64,000 nucleotides of DNA from an uncultured Acidobacteriota bacterium (GCA_963713825.1 CAVQNG010000003.1:1760001-1824000), one strand, 5' to 3'. Counted from the stretch's first letter, positions 43,674 to 54,030 are shown. Numbers and translations are program-made. Notes: generated from the letters alone by a model not told the origin.

Positions 43674-43883
43674 GGTGCACCCCCAGAGATCTCAGGGTCG
43701 TTTGCGTACCCCAGTCTCGGCTTCGCACAGAGGTGGCGAGGAGCAGCGGCTTCGTGTGCTCAGCCTTGCGGATGGCGGTTCAAGGCAGGTTGCCCAGGAT
43801 CTGCCGGGGCGATTCTCAAGCTGGGCTCGCGGCATGTCGTGGTGACGAGACCGGGGTGATCTAGCGATCACTGCTGTCTGGGC

Positions 43884-44465
43884 TCAGGAGAGCGGCTCGA
43901 TCAGCTCTCGGTATCGCGGAGCGCCGAACTCATTGCCTTGGCTTTTCGCCACCGTCTCTTCGATCTCTGCGGCATGCGCAGCGAAATGGCCGGGGATGAC
44001 TTCGGAGAAGATCCTCTCCATCGTCAGGGGCGTCCCACTCGGAAAGGCGGTCTTGTTGTGCCACTGACTGTCCTCCACGTTCCTCAAAAGGGCCACCATT
44101 TTCGAATTGGCGGCGTCGTACCTCCTCAGCACTTCGTTGCGGTCGGCACCCCTTGCAGCTAGTTTGGCTGCCATGAAGTTCAACCGACGGGCGAGACGGC
44201 TGTGGAGAATCGTGGGCATCCCTTTGTTCTTCCCGGCGCGCCGTACCATCATGGCGAAGGCGATCTCCATGACACGACTCATGTGGCAGAGCACTTCTTT
44301 CACTGTCCAGCTGGTCACCACGCTCTCGAGGGCAAGCTGATTGTCACTCAATGAGCCGACGAGCTCGTGAAAGCTCCGGCGAGTCTGCTCGAGCCTCGCC
44401 TCGAGCGCTTCGCGATCGACAGGAGTCCCTGCTGTAGGCGGATCTTGATCCTGAGGGGAGGTCAA
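43884..44465 (-). CDS. DinB/MDMPI-superfamily protein
   Basis: AGGAGG RBS with TTG start; WTVKEVLCH and HFAAHAAEI. Confidence 0.8.
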   Translation of the reverse strand: MTSPQDQDPPTAGTPVDREALEARLEQTRRSFHELVGSLSDNQLALESVVTSWTVKEVLCHMSRVMEIAFAMMVRRAGKNKGMPTILHSRLARRLNFMAAKLAARGADRNEVLRRYDAANSKMVALLRNVEDSQWHNKTAFPSGTPLTMERIFSEVIPGHFAAHAAEIEETVAKSQGNEFGAPRYRELIEPLS

Positions 44466-44627
44466 GGCTGCCTCCTTTCCTTACAAGATTCACCCTCAAC
44501 CCTAGCGAGACTGCCGGTCGCAGTCCACCTGTTGTTCGGCTTCAAGCCTGGGATAGATGTCTGGTCTGCACAAAGAAAAGGCCGGGCGCGAGGCCCGGCC
44601 GAGATCGCACTCCTGTGGTGCGCAGGG

Positions 44628-45077
44628 TCAATCGTCGATCTCGCCGCCACTCCAGGTGAAGTACACCCACTTGCCGTCCTCTCTGATCAGGACGTCGGTG
44701 TATCTGCCGTGGTCGGTCTCCCGTTCTCCTTCCTTGTCCTCCGAAAGCTGAGAGTAGTAGTAGTGGGCCACGGCGGTGTCACCCTGCACCGCAATTCCGA
44801 TCGGAGTCACCTCGGCCTCCAGATTCTTCGACGATTCAGCGTTCCGTTTCCACCAGGCGCTGATCTGCTCGCGATTCCTGGGAGCGGGGGTGTCCATACC
44901 CCAAGCCAGGAGATTCGGATGGCATACCTTCGCGCACCAGTCCGTTTGATCATCGACATCCCATGTCCATTTCACTACCTTCCAAACTTCTTGCTGCTCG
45001 GCCGACCACTCCTGGCCGATTGCCGCGGGTGCGACCAATATGGCCATCAAGGCCAAAATCGTTGGAATGTGCTTCAT
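44628..45077 (-). CDS. Secreted NTF2-like (DUF4440/SnoaL) protein
   Basis: GGAGG RBS; signal peptide; GDTAVAHYY and GRYTDVLIREDGKW. Confidence 0.85.
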   Translation of the reverse strand: MKHIPTILALMAILVAPAAIGQEWSAEQQEVWKVVKWTWDVDDQTDWCAKVCHPNLLAWGMDTPAPRNREQISAWWKRNAESSKNLEAEVTPIGIAVQGDTAVAHYYYSQLSEDKEGERETDHGRYTDVLIREDGKWVYFTWSGGEIDD

Positions 45078-45323
45078 CTCTTTGCCTCCCCTCGAATGTT
45101 GACTGACAATCGTCTGCTCTGAAGCGATCATCAGCCGTTGTGCTCCTGGGCAGTCCGCAGTTCTGCGGTCCTCCAGTGCCCATGCGCGAAGCCCGGCGAG
45201 AAGGAAGCCAGGACCAGATGCTCCGCGTCCCTGGGTACGCCCCAGGTTCTACCCTTTCGTGGGTTGTGGTCGGAGCCTACCAGTCCAGATTGCCTGAACG
45301 CGAGGAGAAGGTCAGAAGGAAAA

Positions 45324-47747
45324 CTACTCGGGCAGGTTCATCTGGCGCAGGAGCTCTTGAAACCGGGGCTCGTTCCTGAGGGATCGGAGACTCGCAAAGA
45401 CACCGATGTAGGGAAGGTTCGGGTCGTGCTCCTCGAAGGCGAGGTCGAGCTGGTCGAGGGCCTCACTGGTCATGCCGGCCTTGGCGAAGGCGATGCCGGC
45501 GTACAAGGGGTAAGTCTTCATCCTCTGGTTCGGATTGTCCACGTTCGCAACGTGAAAATAAGCCAGCTCCCTCTCGGCACCCGTGAAGCCACCTTCGGCG
45601 TAACCGGCTTCCATCGCTGCCGCGGCCTCTGGTAAACCGGTGGCAGTCCAAAGTGCGACATTCGCCGCGTACGATTCTTCAAGCCTCCCCAGGCAGTAGT
45701 AGGACCTGACCAATCCGCTCAGGGCGATGGGTTGGTTTGGAGTCGCCTCGAGGACCCCGCGGTAGAAGTCGATGGCTTCATCGCACCGATCTGTCCCGTT
45801 GAGCACCACTCCGTTGAGCACAAGAACCAGAGCGTTGTACGGGTCGAGCTCCAGGGCTCGCTCCATCTGTACGGTGGCCTCGGCGGGGCGCTGGTTGATC
45901 AGCAGATAGTGAGAGTAGTAGGCCCGCACATCCGCCCAGTTCGGCTTCAGCTCGATGGCGCGCCGAAAGGCGGTCTCGGCGCCCTCCCAATCCCAATCGC
46001 TCCAGGCTCTGACGATTGCGAGTGCGTAATGGGCTTCGGCAACAGACTCGTCAATCTCGAGGGCTCTTTCTGCAGCCGCTCTTGCCTTCGGTCCAGCCTC
46101 TTCCACCGGTGTGAGGCCCATCTGCTGACGTCCGGCCCAGACCAGTGCAAGGCCAGCGTGAGCCGGGGCGTAGTCCGGATCCCTCTCGAGCGCCTGCTCG
46201 AAGTAGTGCTGGGCAGCCTCCAGACCTGCCGGGGTCATCTCGGCGATCTGGGCCTGTCCTTTGAGATAGGCCTCGTAGGCCTCCGGGTCGACTTCGCGGC
46301 TGCTGGCGAGGAGGGCTTCTTCCTGCGGTGTCAGCGTGACCTGGATCTCCTGGGCAATCGCCTGGGCCACTTCGCCCTGCAGGGTCAGGATGCTCGAGAT
46401 CTCGCGCTCGTAACGGTCGGCCCAAAGGTTCGTCTCGGTGGCGGCTTCGATGAGCTGGGCGTTGACCGCAACACGATCGCCCTCGCGTGCTACCGAGCCC
46501 TCGACGAGACCGTCGACGTTCAGCTCGCGAGCGATCTCTGCGAGCGGTTTGTCGCTGCCTTTGTAGCGCATCGCCGAGGAGCGCGAGGTCACCTGGAGTT
46601 CGGCGATTCTGGAGAGACCGGTGATCAGGGCTTCGGTCATGCCGTCAACCAGGTAGTCCTGCTCCGGGTCACCCGAGAGGTTCCTCAGCGGCAGCACTGC
46701 AAGAGAGCTGATCTGCGGACCTTGCTGGGTGACTTCGGTCGGCTCACCAGGACCTCGTCCCGTGAACCACACTACTCCGGCCACGACTGCCAGAATCAGC
46801 GCCGCGGCCAGCAGGACCCGAGCACCGATTCCGAACCGAGTGGTCTTCGACCTGGTCCGAGCGACCTCTGCTCGTCCGGCGGTCAGTTCTCCGTCGAGCT
46901 CTACAAGTTGGGCGTGCAGCTCCCGAGCCGTCGGAAAGCGATCCTCCGGGTTCTTCGCGAGACATCTCTCGATCGTGTTAACCAGGATCTGGGGGATTCC
47001 GGATCTGAGCTCGGCGACGGATTCCGGCTCGTCGCGCAGGATACTCGACATGAGAGTCGCCGAATTCTCGCCGCGAAACGGACGCAACCCGCAGGCCATC
47101 TCGTACAGCACGACTCCGAAGGAGAAGATGTCCGTCCGAGGATCCACCGGCCTTCCCTGGATCTGCTCCGGCGACATGTAGGGCACGGTGCCCACGACCA
47201 GTCCTTGCCGGGTCAGTGGCTCCATCTCGGTCTGGAGCTCGGTTTCCAGCTGCGTGTCCAACAGGGTGTGCGCCTCCTGCCGGGACTTCGCCAGGCCGAA
47301 ATCGAGCACCTTCACCCGACCTTCATTCGTCACCATGATGTTGGCTGGCTTGAGGTCACGGTGAATGATGCCCTTCTCGTGCGCTGCAGCTAGCGCATCC
47401 GTCATGGCAACGACAATCTCGAGGATCTTCTCGACAGGAAGCTCACCTCTGGAGATCACGGCCGAGAGAGGCTCGCCCTCGACCAACTGCATGGTGAGGA
47501 ACCGGATCCCGTCCGACTCCTCCACCGAGTGAATCGACACGATGTTCGGATGGTCGAGGGACGCGAGGACCCTGGCTTCCCGCTTGAAGCGGGCAAGGCT
47601 GTCCGGGTCTTCAGTGAGTGCCGCTGGCAGGACCTTGAGCGCCACGTGACGTCTGAGCGTCGTGTCTTCAGCTCGGTACACCTCACCCATCCGACCTGCT
47701 CCGAGCTTGTCGAGGACACGGTAGTGCCCCAGGGTCTGGCCGATCAT
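45324..47747 (-). CDS. Hanks-type Ser/Thr kinase with TM helix, TolB-N-like domain and TPRs
   Basis: GAGRMGEV, HRDLKPAN, DFG and YMSPEQ; SLAVLPLRNLSGDPEQDY; EAYEAYLKG; PRFQELLRQMNL. Confidence 0.95.
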   Translation of the reverse strand: MIGQTLGHYRVLDKLGAGRMGEVYRAEDTTLRRHVALKVLPAALTEDPDSLARFKREARVLASLDHPNIVSIHSVEESDGIRFLTMQLVEGEPLSAVISRGELPVEKILEIVVAMTDALAAAHEKGIIHRDLKPANIMVTNEGRVKVLDFGLAKSRQEAHTLLDTQLETELQTEMEPLTRQGLVVGTVPYMSPEQIQGRPVDPRTDIFSFGVVLYEMACGLRPFRGENSATLMSSILRDEPESVAELRSGIPQILVNTIERCLAKNPEDRFPTARELHAQLVELDGELTAGRAEVARTRSKTTRFGIGARVLLAAALILAVVAGVVWFTGRGPGEPTEVTQQGPQISSLAVLPLRNLSGDPEQDYLVDGMTEALITGLSRIAELQVTSRSSAMRYKGSDKPLAEIARELNVDGLVEGSVAREGDRVAVNAQLIEAATETNLWADRYEREISSILTLQGEVAQAIAQEIQVTLTPQEEALLASSREVDPEAYEAYLKGQAQIAEMTPAGLEAAQHYFEQALERDPDYAPAHAGLALVWAGRQQMGLTPVEEAGPKARAAAERALEIDESVAEAHYALAIVRAWSDWDWEGAETAFRRAIELKPNWADVRAYYSHYLLINQRPAEATVQMERALELDPYNALVLVLNGVVLNGTDRCDEAIDFYRGVLEATPNQPIALSGLVRSYYCLGRLEESYAANVALWTATGLPEAAAAMEAGYAEGGFTGAERELAYFHVANVDNPNQRMKTYPLYAGIAFAKAGMTSEALDQLDLAFEEHDPNLPYIGVFASLRSLRNEPRFQELLRQMNLPE

Positions 47748-47852
47748 CGAAAGCTATCCTCGATCTGACGTGTCCCTATCCTACGTTCTCGGCCACCCGC
47801 GGACACTACCCGACGGGGCGGGGCATCCCGAGTCGTGTAGCATGCTTGGCCC

Positions 47853-48821
47853 ATGGGAAGTGGACCCGCGCTCTCTGTCGTGACGATCGGCTACGAGTCG
47901 GCGGCCGACTGCCGGTTGGTGATCGGAGAGCTGGCGCGTCAGACGCTGGCGAACGAGCTCGAGGTCATCGTTGTGGCTCCGGATCGAGAGGGCCTCAGTG
48001 AGGACCACATCGAGTCCTTTGGCACCTGGCAATGGGTCACCCTCCCAGAGATTCGGATCTGTGGAACCGCCATGGCAGAGGGTTTCAGGGCGGCGGCCGG
48101 GCCCTTCGTGACCTATGCTGAGGAGCACACCTATCTCAACGACGATTGGGCCGAACAGGTTCTCGCGGCCCATAGGAAGGGCTACTCGGTCGTCGGGTTC
48201 GTCATGGAGAACGCGAACCCCGAGACGCTGACCAGCTGGGCTCACCTCTATGGCCAGTTCGGGCCGGTGGTGGCACCCGTGGAGTCGGGAGAGTCAGACT
48301 TCCTGGCGGGCCACCATGTCTCCTACAGCCGGAGCTTGCTCCTCGGCTACGGCGACTCTCTGGATGACATGTTGGAAGACGAATCGGCGCTATTCCTCGA
48401 TCTGCGATCGAAGGGAATTCGCATGTATGTCGCAGGAGAGGCCATCTCGAGACACGTCAACATCTCCAGCCTTTCTGCTTACATGCTGATGGACTACCTG
48501 GGCCAACGGAGTTTTGCCGGCGCCCGTGTGCAGGCAGGCAATTGGAGCTTTTTCAAACGCCTGGCTTTCGCTGGCGCCCTTCCGTTGATCCCATTTGTGA
48601 GATTGCGGCGGATCATTCGCGACATTCGCCGATCCGGTCGGCAGGAGTTGCTCCTGCCCAAGATCCTTTGGCCCATCGGCCTGGCCCTGTCCGCGGGCGC
48701 CTGGGGAGAGATGCTCGGCTATCTGATCGGTCCTGGCAACGCAGCCGAACGCAAAGCCCCGGCTGAGCTGCAGCGAGAGAACTATCTGGCGAAGCGGGAC
48801 CACTGGTCGAAGGCCAATTAG
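47853..48821 (+). CDS. Glycosyltransferase family 2-like protein
   Basis: LSVVTI, EVIVV, EEH in place of DxD, ED motif (LEDES) and C-terminal hydrophobic helices. Confidence 0.75.
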   Translation: MGSGPALSVVTIGYESAADCRLVIGELARQTLANELEVIVVAPDREGLSEDHIESFGTWQWVTLPEIRICGTAMAEGFRAAAGPFVTYAEEHTYLNDDWAEQVLAAHRKGYSVVGFVMENANPETLTSWAHLYGQFGPVVAPVESGESDFLAGHHVSYSRSLLLGYGDSLDDMLEDESALFLDLRSKGIRMYVAGEAISRHVNISSLSAYMLMDYLGQRSFAGARVQAGNWSFFKRLAFAGALPLIPFVRLRRIIRDIRRSGRQELLLPKILWPIGLALSAGAWGEMLGYLIGPGNAAERKAPAELQRENYLAKRDHWSKAN

Positions 48822-48922
48822 AACGCGTCGAGGAAGTCCTGGTCTTTGCCTGGTTTGGCGCGAGGAACGGTGTACATCTGACAGAACGAGGAGTCAAAAC
48901 GGGGATTTCTGACACAGACAAT

Positions 48923-48951
48923 TTGACACAACTGTCATAACAATCTACACT
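48923..48951 (+). promoter_or_regulatory. Sigma70 promoter of the TA operon with overlapping operator
   Basis: TTGACA-17 nt-TACACT; palindrome TGACA-CAAC-TGTCA overlaps the -35 box; ATG follows 7 nt after the -10 box. Confidence 0.85.
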
Positions 48952-48958
48952 CGAGACT

Positions 48959-49243
48959 ATGGTGAAGACGCGCAAGATCCAGGTGACGCTCGAGAAAGAT
49001 CAGTACGAGAAGCTGGCCGAGATCGCCGAGCGAGACGGCAAGAAGCTGGCTGCGGTGGTCCGGGAGTCGGTCGTTCAGTACTGCCTGGGCCCGGAGTCGA
49101 AGAAGGCCAAGCGGGAAGCCCTCGAGACACTCCTGGCTGAAGCTGCGCCTCCCCCCGAGGACTACGGCACCTGGGAGCGCGAGTACTCCAGGCTGAAGTC
49201 CAAGCCCGAGGACTCGAAACCCAGGCGAAGGACTGGGGGCTGA
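48959..49243 (+). CDS. RHH/CopG-type antitoxin (VapB-like)
   Basis: KTRKIQVTL beta strand followed by two helices; directly upstream of a PIN toxin. Confidence 0.82.
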   Translation: MVKTRKIQVTLEKDQYEKLAEIAERDGKKLAAVVRESVVQYCLGPESKKAKREALETLLAEAAPPPEDYGTWEREYSRLKSKPEDSKPRRRTGG

Positions 49244-49244
49244 G

Positions 49245-49673
49245 ATGGGTGCCGAAGGATCCTACTTTCTCGACGCCAACATCCTGATGTACGCCGCGGG
49301 CTCGGCTCATCCCCTGAGAGAGCCTTGCAGGGATGCGCTTGCCAGAGCGGTCGACCAGGAAGTCAGTCTGGTCACCGACGCCGAGGTACTTCAAGAGATC
49401 CTTCATCGCTACTTCTCGATCGGAAGGCCGGAGAGTGCCCGCACTATCCATCGCTCGGCGATCGATCTCTGTGACGAGGTCTTTCCGATCGATGTGAAGA
49501 ACACAACGAGAGCTCTGGAGTTGCTTCTCGCGCACCGGGAACTCACTCCACGGGATGCAATTCACGTGGCCGCGATGGAGCATCGCGGGCTCGAGCTGCT
49601 GCTTTCGACCGACCGGGATTTCGACGGTCTGCAGCAGGTCGAGCGGATCGATCCAGCTACCTTTCTTCTCTAG
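49245..49673 (+). CDS. vapC: VapC-family PIN-domain toxin
   Basis: FLDANILMY, EVLQE, RDAIHVA and STDRDFD. Confidence 0.93.
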   Translation: MGAEGSYFLDANILMYAAGSAHPLREPCRDALARAVDQEVSLVTDAEVLQEILHRYFSIGRPESARTIHRSAIDLCDEVFPIDVKNTTRALELLLAHRELTPRDAIHVAAMEHRGLELLLSTDRDFDGLQQVERIDPATFLL

Positions 49674-49717
49674 AGATCGAATAGGTTGGATTGTTCTGGT
49701 GAGCAGGTGCCAGGCAA

Positions 49718-50968
49718 TTATCGGGTCTGAGTGTGCACGGTGATCCAATCGCCAAGGAGCTGCAGCGCTTCGGGACGGATCTCGCGGCTGCCGGGCTCGG
49801 TGAAGCCATGGCCGACTCCGTCGAAGACCTGGACCGTAATGTCTGAGTCAGATCGGGCTTTCATGGTGGTCAAGCGATCGACGCTTGTCTGCACCGGGAC
49901 GTTGTCCTTTTCGTCCTCTCGGCCGTACAGCACGAGGACCGGTGCTCGGACCCTCTCCCAGTAGGGAATCGGATCAACGTCCCCATTCTTGTCCCACCAG
50001 ACTGGGCGCCGCGCTTTGGGGACTGCGCTGGCAATGGGCTGCAGGGCGATCGCAACGAGCTTCGGAAACCCCATCTGCGCCAGAGTCTGGACGCTCTCGT
50101 GGGCGAGTTGCTGGTTCGGGGAGACTGTCGCGCCAGAGAGCGAGACCACGAAGGGCAGATCGGTCCTGTCCGCAGCGGCCATCGGAGCGATCCAGCTCCC
50201 TCCCTGGCTGACTCCGACCAGACCGACGCGGGAAGCATCGATGTCCGGCTGGTGGCGTACGAAATCCACGGCGGCTTCTGTGTCGGTTACGAAGTCCTCG
50301 AACCCGGCCAGACGCCACTCGCCGGAAGAGAGCCCACTACCTCTCTTGTCGGGAAGCAGGACTGCGATCTCGCGTGACAGAAGGTGATGCGCAATCTGGA
50401 GGTACCAGAGGTTGTCGCGGTGGCTTTCGCCTGAGCCGTGGATGATGACTGCGGCTGGGTGTGGGCCAGGAGTCGTCGGAACGAAAAGGGTGCCGGAAAG
50501 CTCGATCTCGCCATTGGCAAACGAGGCGTCCCGAGGTTCGTAGGGACCGTCACAGCGGGTAGCCAGCCTGGCTTCGTTGCTCTCGTCCATCCATTCGAGA
50601 GTGGTGACCTCGGAGCTCTCACCTCTGAGTAACCTGACGTCCCGGCCTCGTTGCTCACGGCCAGGGCTCCACACGAACCGATCGGGCTCGATGAGCTCGA
50701 AGCGCTGAAGGAAGAGGTCCTCGTCCGTCGAGACGAAGGCCAGATTGCCGTCGGCAGCGTAGGTCAAGAGGACACAGGCTCCAGGCTCGATCTCGTACCA
50801 GCCGACGGCTTCGCTGAGGAGCTCTAGATCCCTTTCGGGCGGGACCCTGGACTCGATTGGATCGGGTTCGATCAGGAAGGGAATCGCCACCAGGGCGCCA
50901 ACGTAGAGGACCAGCGCGAGTCCGAGGATCCAGAGGAGAGTCTTGGTGATCGTGCGACTGGCGCTCAT
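49718..50968 (-). CDS. Membrane-anchored alpha/beta hydrolase (S9/S15-like)
   Basis: N-terminal TM helix; IHGSG, DKRGSG, GVSQGG, D..VP and GVGH. Confidence 0.88.
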   Translation of the reverse strand: MSASRTITKTLLWILGLALVLYVGALVAIPFLIEPDPIESRVPPERDLELLSEAVGWYEIEPGACVLLTYAADGNLAFVSTDEDLFLQRFELIEPDRFVWSPGREQRGRDVRLLRGESSEVTTLEWMDESNEARLATRCDGPYEPRDASFANGEIELSGTLFVPTTPGPHPAAVIIHGSGESHRDNLWYLQIAHHLLSREIAVLLPDKRGSGLSSGEWRLAGFEDFVTDTEAAVDFVRHQPDIDASRVGLVGVSQGGSWIAPMAAADRTDLPFVVSLSGATVSPNQQLAHESVQTLAQMGFPKLVAIALQPIASAVPKARRPVWWDKNGDVDPIPYWERVRAPVLVLYGREDEKDNVPVQTSVDRLTTMKARSDSDITVQVFDGVGHGFTEPGSREIRPEALQLLGDWITVHTQTR

Positions 50969-50987
50969 GACTTCCTCCCTGATCCGG

Positions 50988-53900
50988 TCAACCTTCGATC
51001 AGCAGGAACACGCCCGTCCCCGCTGGCACTTCCACAGCTGAGAGGTCCACCTCGCTGGCCTCCTGGAGCCCTTCAACCTCCGGCGCATGGGCCCGAACCT
51101 TGCCTTCCAGCTCCAGGGCGGCCAAGTCGACCCTCAGATCGACCACCTCATCGGTCTCCGACCACGACGCGACGGCTATGAGCACTCCGTCGGGCCGGGC
51201 GTAGGTTGTTGCCAGGACCTGTGGATTGTCAGTCAGCACAGGCGCGTCCTCGAGCCAATAGCCGAGCATGCGGCTCTCCGCGATGCCGAACTCGTTCATC
51301 ATGGCCCAGACGGGACGGGGGTCCGATTCCCCGTACTTTCTTGCGGTCATCCCATAGAGCAGGCCCCGGTAGGGATGTCCACCGTCCTGGAGCATCTCGC
51401 CCATGAGGCCGAAGGGCAGGCCAGCCACCTCGGTCATCCAGTAGTCGGGCCCCTGGTCGTAGTCGAAGTATTCACCGAACCAGAGACGCGAGATGAAGGG
51501 AAAGTGCTCCATGTACAGCATGGCGCTGTTGATGAAGCCGTCGCGTTCGTTGAACTGATTGGCCGAGTGGAGGTCGATGACCACCTCGTCCCGGTGCTCG
51601 TGCAAGACTGTGACCAGGCGCTTGACGGTTTCACGGCTGAAGGCGATGTCGTCCAGGTACAGGCCGTCGATGTGTTGGTTCTCCGCCAACCAGTCGAGCC
51701 CGGCGATGTAGTAGTTCGTCCACCTCGAGGTGCCCTTGTTGAGAATTGCGGCGTCATCGACCCGGAAGGCATGCCATGCCGAGTGGTAGTCGTCCTCCAG
51801 GTGCTCCTGTAGCCAGGAGTGCCCACCGCCCTCGCCGTCGTTGAGGATCTCGTCACCCAGGCTCCGGAGGGCGAACATCTCGTACGCCTTGTAGGTCAGC
51901 TCGCGGATCGTGTAGTAGAGCTTGAATTTGATGCCGAGCTCGTGCGCGCGGTCGATGTACTCGGCCTGCTTGTCGAGGTTGAAGAAGGGATAGTTGATGT
52001 AGGGGTTGATCTCGTTGGCGTGATGGATGTTCACCACAGTGCCACCCCATTCCTTCACCTGGTCCACAGGCACGTATTGGTGGACGAACCGGGTGTTGAA
52101 GTGCGCCTTGGTGTCGATCGGTTTAAAGGGCGTAATGAGGAACCGGATGTTGAAGTGCAGGGTGTCGCCGGCTGACAGCGTGCGGGGTCCGGAGTAGTTG
52201 TGTGCGATGACGGCCTCAGTCTCTTCTCGGATCTGAATCCCGCCTTGGCCCTCGTTGAACCACGATGGTGGCATCCGCAAAGGCTGGTTGCGATAGAAGT
52301 TCGTGTTCAGCGGTCGAGCGTAGTTGTCGTCGCGCAGCACGTATTGGAGGCCCTTGTTGATACCTCCGAGCCAGAGTCCCTCATGGTGGTTCTCGACGGC
52401 CCAGGTCCAGTCGATCTCCGGTGGCCGGCGGCCGCCCATGCGGCCCAGGCCCAGCATGTATGTGGCGGCTGAGGGCTCGAAGTGGATGGGGAGCGCGATG
52501 TCCTCGACGGAGACGTCGGTCAGTGCTTCCAGTGAGATGCGGTAGTCGAGCATCCCGTCGTACTCGAGAGCTCCTTCGACCGTCATGTCGAAGTGTTCGG
52601 AGGTGCTCTCGACCGTCCAGAGGGTGCCGCTACGGGTGGCTTGCTGGATCTCGAACGGCGCGGACTCGAAGGACTCGGACTGACCGTTCACGACGACCTC
52701 GAGCTCGAGGGGGCGGCCCAGGATCTGCGCGGCATCGGGGCCTACGACGAGCTCGGGTGTGAAGAAGCTGTGGATCTGATCTGGCAGTCCTGTTGTGCCG
52801 AGCTCCACTCTCCTACCGAGAATCGAAAGCGAGTGATCGTCGACGGTCACCGGCGAGAACGGCTCGATGACGAAGTCTGGATCGGTGCCGATCGTCGAGT
52901 CGAGCCAGGCCAGGCGGGTCATGAGGTCGGGCTCGTTTTCACCTCCGTTGGTGGCCCGTGCGTCCCGAACCTCCAACTCGACGCGAACCGAACGGCTGCC
53001 GGCATTGGCCGTGATTACAGTGACCGTGCCTTCGACCGTCCCCGTCGACTGTTCCTCCGGGATCCGAACGCCGATCCATAGAGGCTGGACGGTACCTGCC
53101 GGCACCGAGATGTCCTTCTCGAATGGCGCACCCTTTTCGTTGATGCCCCCGCAGGTGAAGCAGGTTAGGGTCTCGCGCCAGGCCTCGGGGAAGCCCTCGA
53201 AGGAGACCTCGAGGTCGGTCAGGTCCTCATCAGCTGCGATGACTACGACCTGGAACGTGAAGGACTCGTCCCGGAGAGCCTGGCTCGACAGGAGCTCCAT
53301 TTCGGGGCGGGTGGTCCAGTGCCAGGGGATAAGGTGTCGCATGCGGACGGGGAAGTCCCGGTGCTCCGCTACCAGCCTCCAGGCCGGGTCGGCGCCAGCC
53401 ATGAACGCGGCCGTTTCCTCCTGCGTAGCGACGACCTCCATGGGAAAGAAGCTGTGGAAGTCGTCGACCGACTGGATGTGGGTGGTTCTGGCCTGGGGAA
53501 GATCGGCAGCCGCCTGCGCTGCTTCGACCCAATCGGTGTCGGGCTCTGGGGCCATCTCGGGATAGGTGATGGTGGGGTAGTAGCTTCCCGTCGAGTGCCA
53601 GGGCATGTAGTAGACGTGGTAGGTGTCCGACCCTGGATTGGGCTGGAAGATCACATCGCCCGAGGCGTTCTCGACCCGCGTTGCCAGAGCATTGGGCACA
53701 GGTTGGCCGGTGGCGGAGTCCAGCACCACAACGGATTTGGAAGAGGGGTCGGCATCCCTCCGCCTCCAGGGAATGGTGACGGTAACGGCCTCCACCGAGG
53801 GATCTTCCACCACCACGACGGCGCGGTGATTACCCCAGGAGAAACCCTCCTCACCGGCGACCAGATGCGGGTCCCAGTTGCCGGCTTCGAAGATCACTCC

Positions 53901-54026
53901 GTCCACTTCGTTGGGAATCGGTGGCGCTCGATGGAGCGCGGTGGTCTGCGGTCGATCTTCCGAGCAGGCTGCCAGGACCAGGATGACGACCAGTCCGAGG
54001 CGACAGCGAGCGAGTACCGTCATCAT
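50988..54026 (-). CDS. DUF6067/GH123-like putative glycoside hydrolase, lipoprotein
   Basis: Lipobox LVLAAC; GNHRAVV, IPWRRRD, NIHHANEINPYINYPF, KLYYTIREL, DGLYLDD and LWFGEYFDY. Confidence 0.75.
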   Translation of the reverse strand: MMTVLARCRLGLVVILVLAACSEDRPQTTALHRAPPIPNEVDGVIFEAGNWDPHLVAGEEGFSWGNHRAVVVVEDPSVEAVTVTIPWRRRDADPSSKSVVVLDSATGQPVPNALATRVENASGDVIFQPNPGSDTYHVYYMPWHSTGSYYPTITYPEMAPEPDTDWVEAAQAAADLPQARTTHIQSVDDFHSFFPMEVVATQEETAAFMAGADPAWRLVAEHRDFPVRMRHLIPWHWTTRPEMELLSSQALRDESFTFQVVVIAADEDLTDLEVSFEGFPEAWRETLTCFTCGGINEKGAPFEKDISVPAGTVQPLWIGVRIPEEQSTGTVEGTVTVITANAGSRSVRVELEVRDARATNGGENEPDLMTRLAWLDSTIGTDPDFVIEPFSPVTVDDHSLSILGRRVELGTTGLPDQIHSFFTPELVVGPDAAQILGRPLELEVVVNGQSESFESAPFEIQQATRSGTLWTVESTSEHFDMTVEGALEYDGMLDYRISLEALTDVSVEDIALPIHFEPSAATYMLGLGRMGGRRPPEIDWTWAVENHHEGLWLGGINKGLQYVLRDDNYARPLNTNFYRNQPLRMPPSWFNEGQGGIQIREETEAVIAHNYSGPRTLSAGDTLHFNIRFLITPFKPIDTKAHFNTRFVHQYVPVDQVKEWGGTVVNIHHANEINPYINYPFFNLDKQAEYIDRAHELGIKFKLYYTIRELTYKAYEMFALRSLGDEILNDGEGGGHSWLQEHLEDDYHSAWHAFRVDDAAILNKGTSRWTNYYIAGLDWLAENQHIDGLYLDDIAFSRETVKRLVTVLHEHRDEVVIDLHSANQFNERDGFINSAMLYMEHFPFISRLWFGEYFDYDQGPDYWMTEVAGLPFGLMGEMLQDGGHPYRGLLYGMTARKYGESDPRPVWAMMNEFGIAESRMLGYWLEDAPVLTDNPQVLATTYARPDGVLIAVASWSETDEVVDLRVDLAALELEGKVRAHAPEVEGLQEASEVDLSAVEVPAGTGVFLLIEG

Positions 54027-54030
54027 CTTT

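Noticed and set aside
43674-43883. Intergenic gaps (also 33575-33729 and 45078-45323) as tRNA, riboswitch or sRNA
   Set aside because: No cloverleaf, T-loop motif or recognisable riboswitch consensus by eye; an Infernal/Rfam scan would be needed to exclude this fully.
45732-47393. 553-aa plus-strand ORF, and similar long ORFs at 3320-4630, 17405-18676, 19811-20932, 56014-57063 and 62112-63272
   Set aside because: Each lies antisense to a gene with clear family motifs and has none itself; long shadow ORFs are expected at this GC content.
47690-47710. GAGRMG instead of GxGGMG in the kinase glycine loop, suggesting a pseudokinase
   Set aside because: The three glycines of GxGxxG, the VALK lysine, HRD and DFG are all intact.
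48840-49717. TA module as the marker of a prophage or integrative element
   Set aside because: No integrase, transposase, att-like repeats or phage genes nearby.
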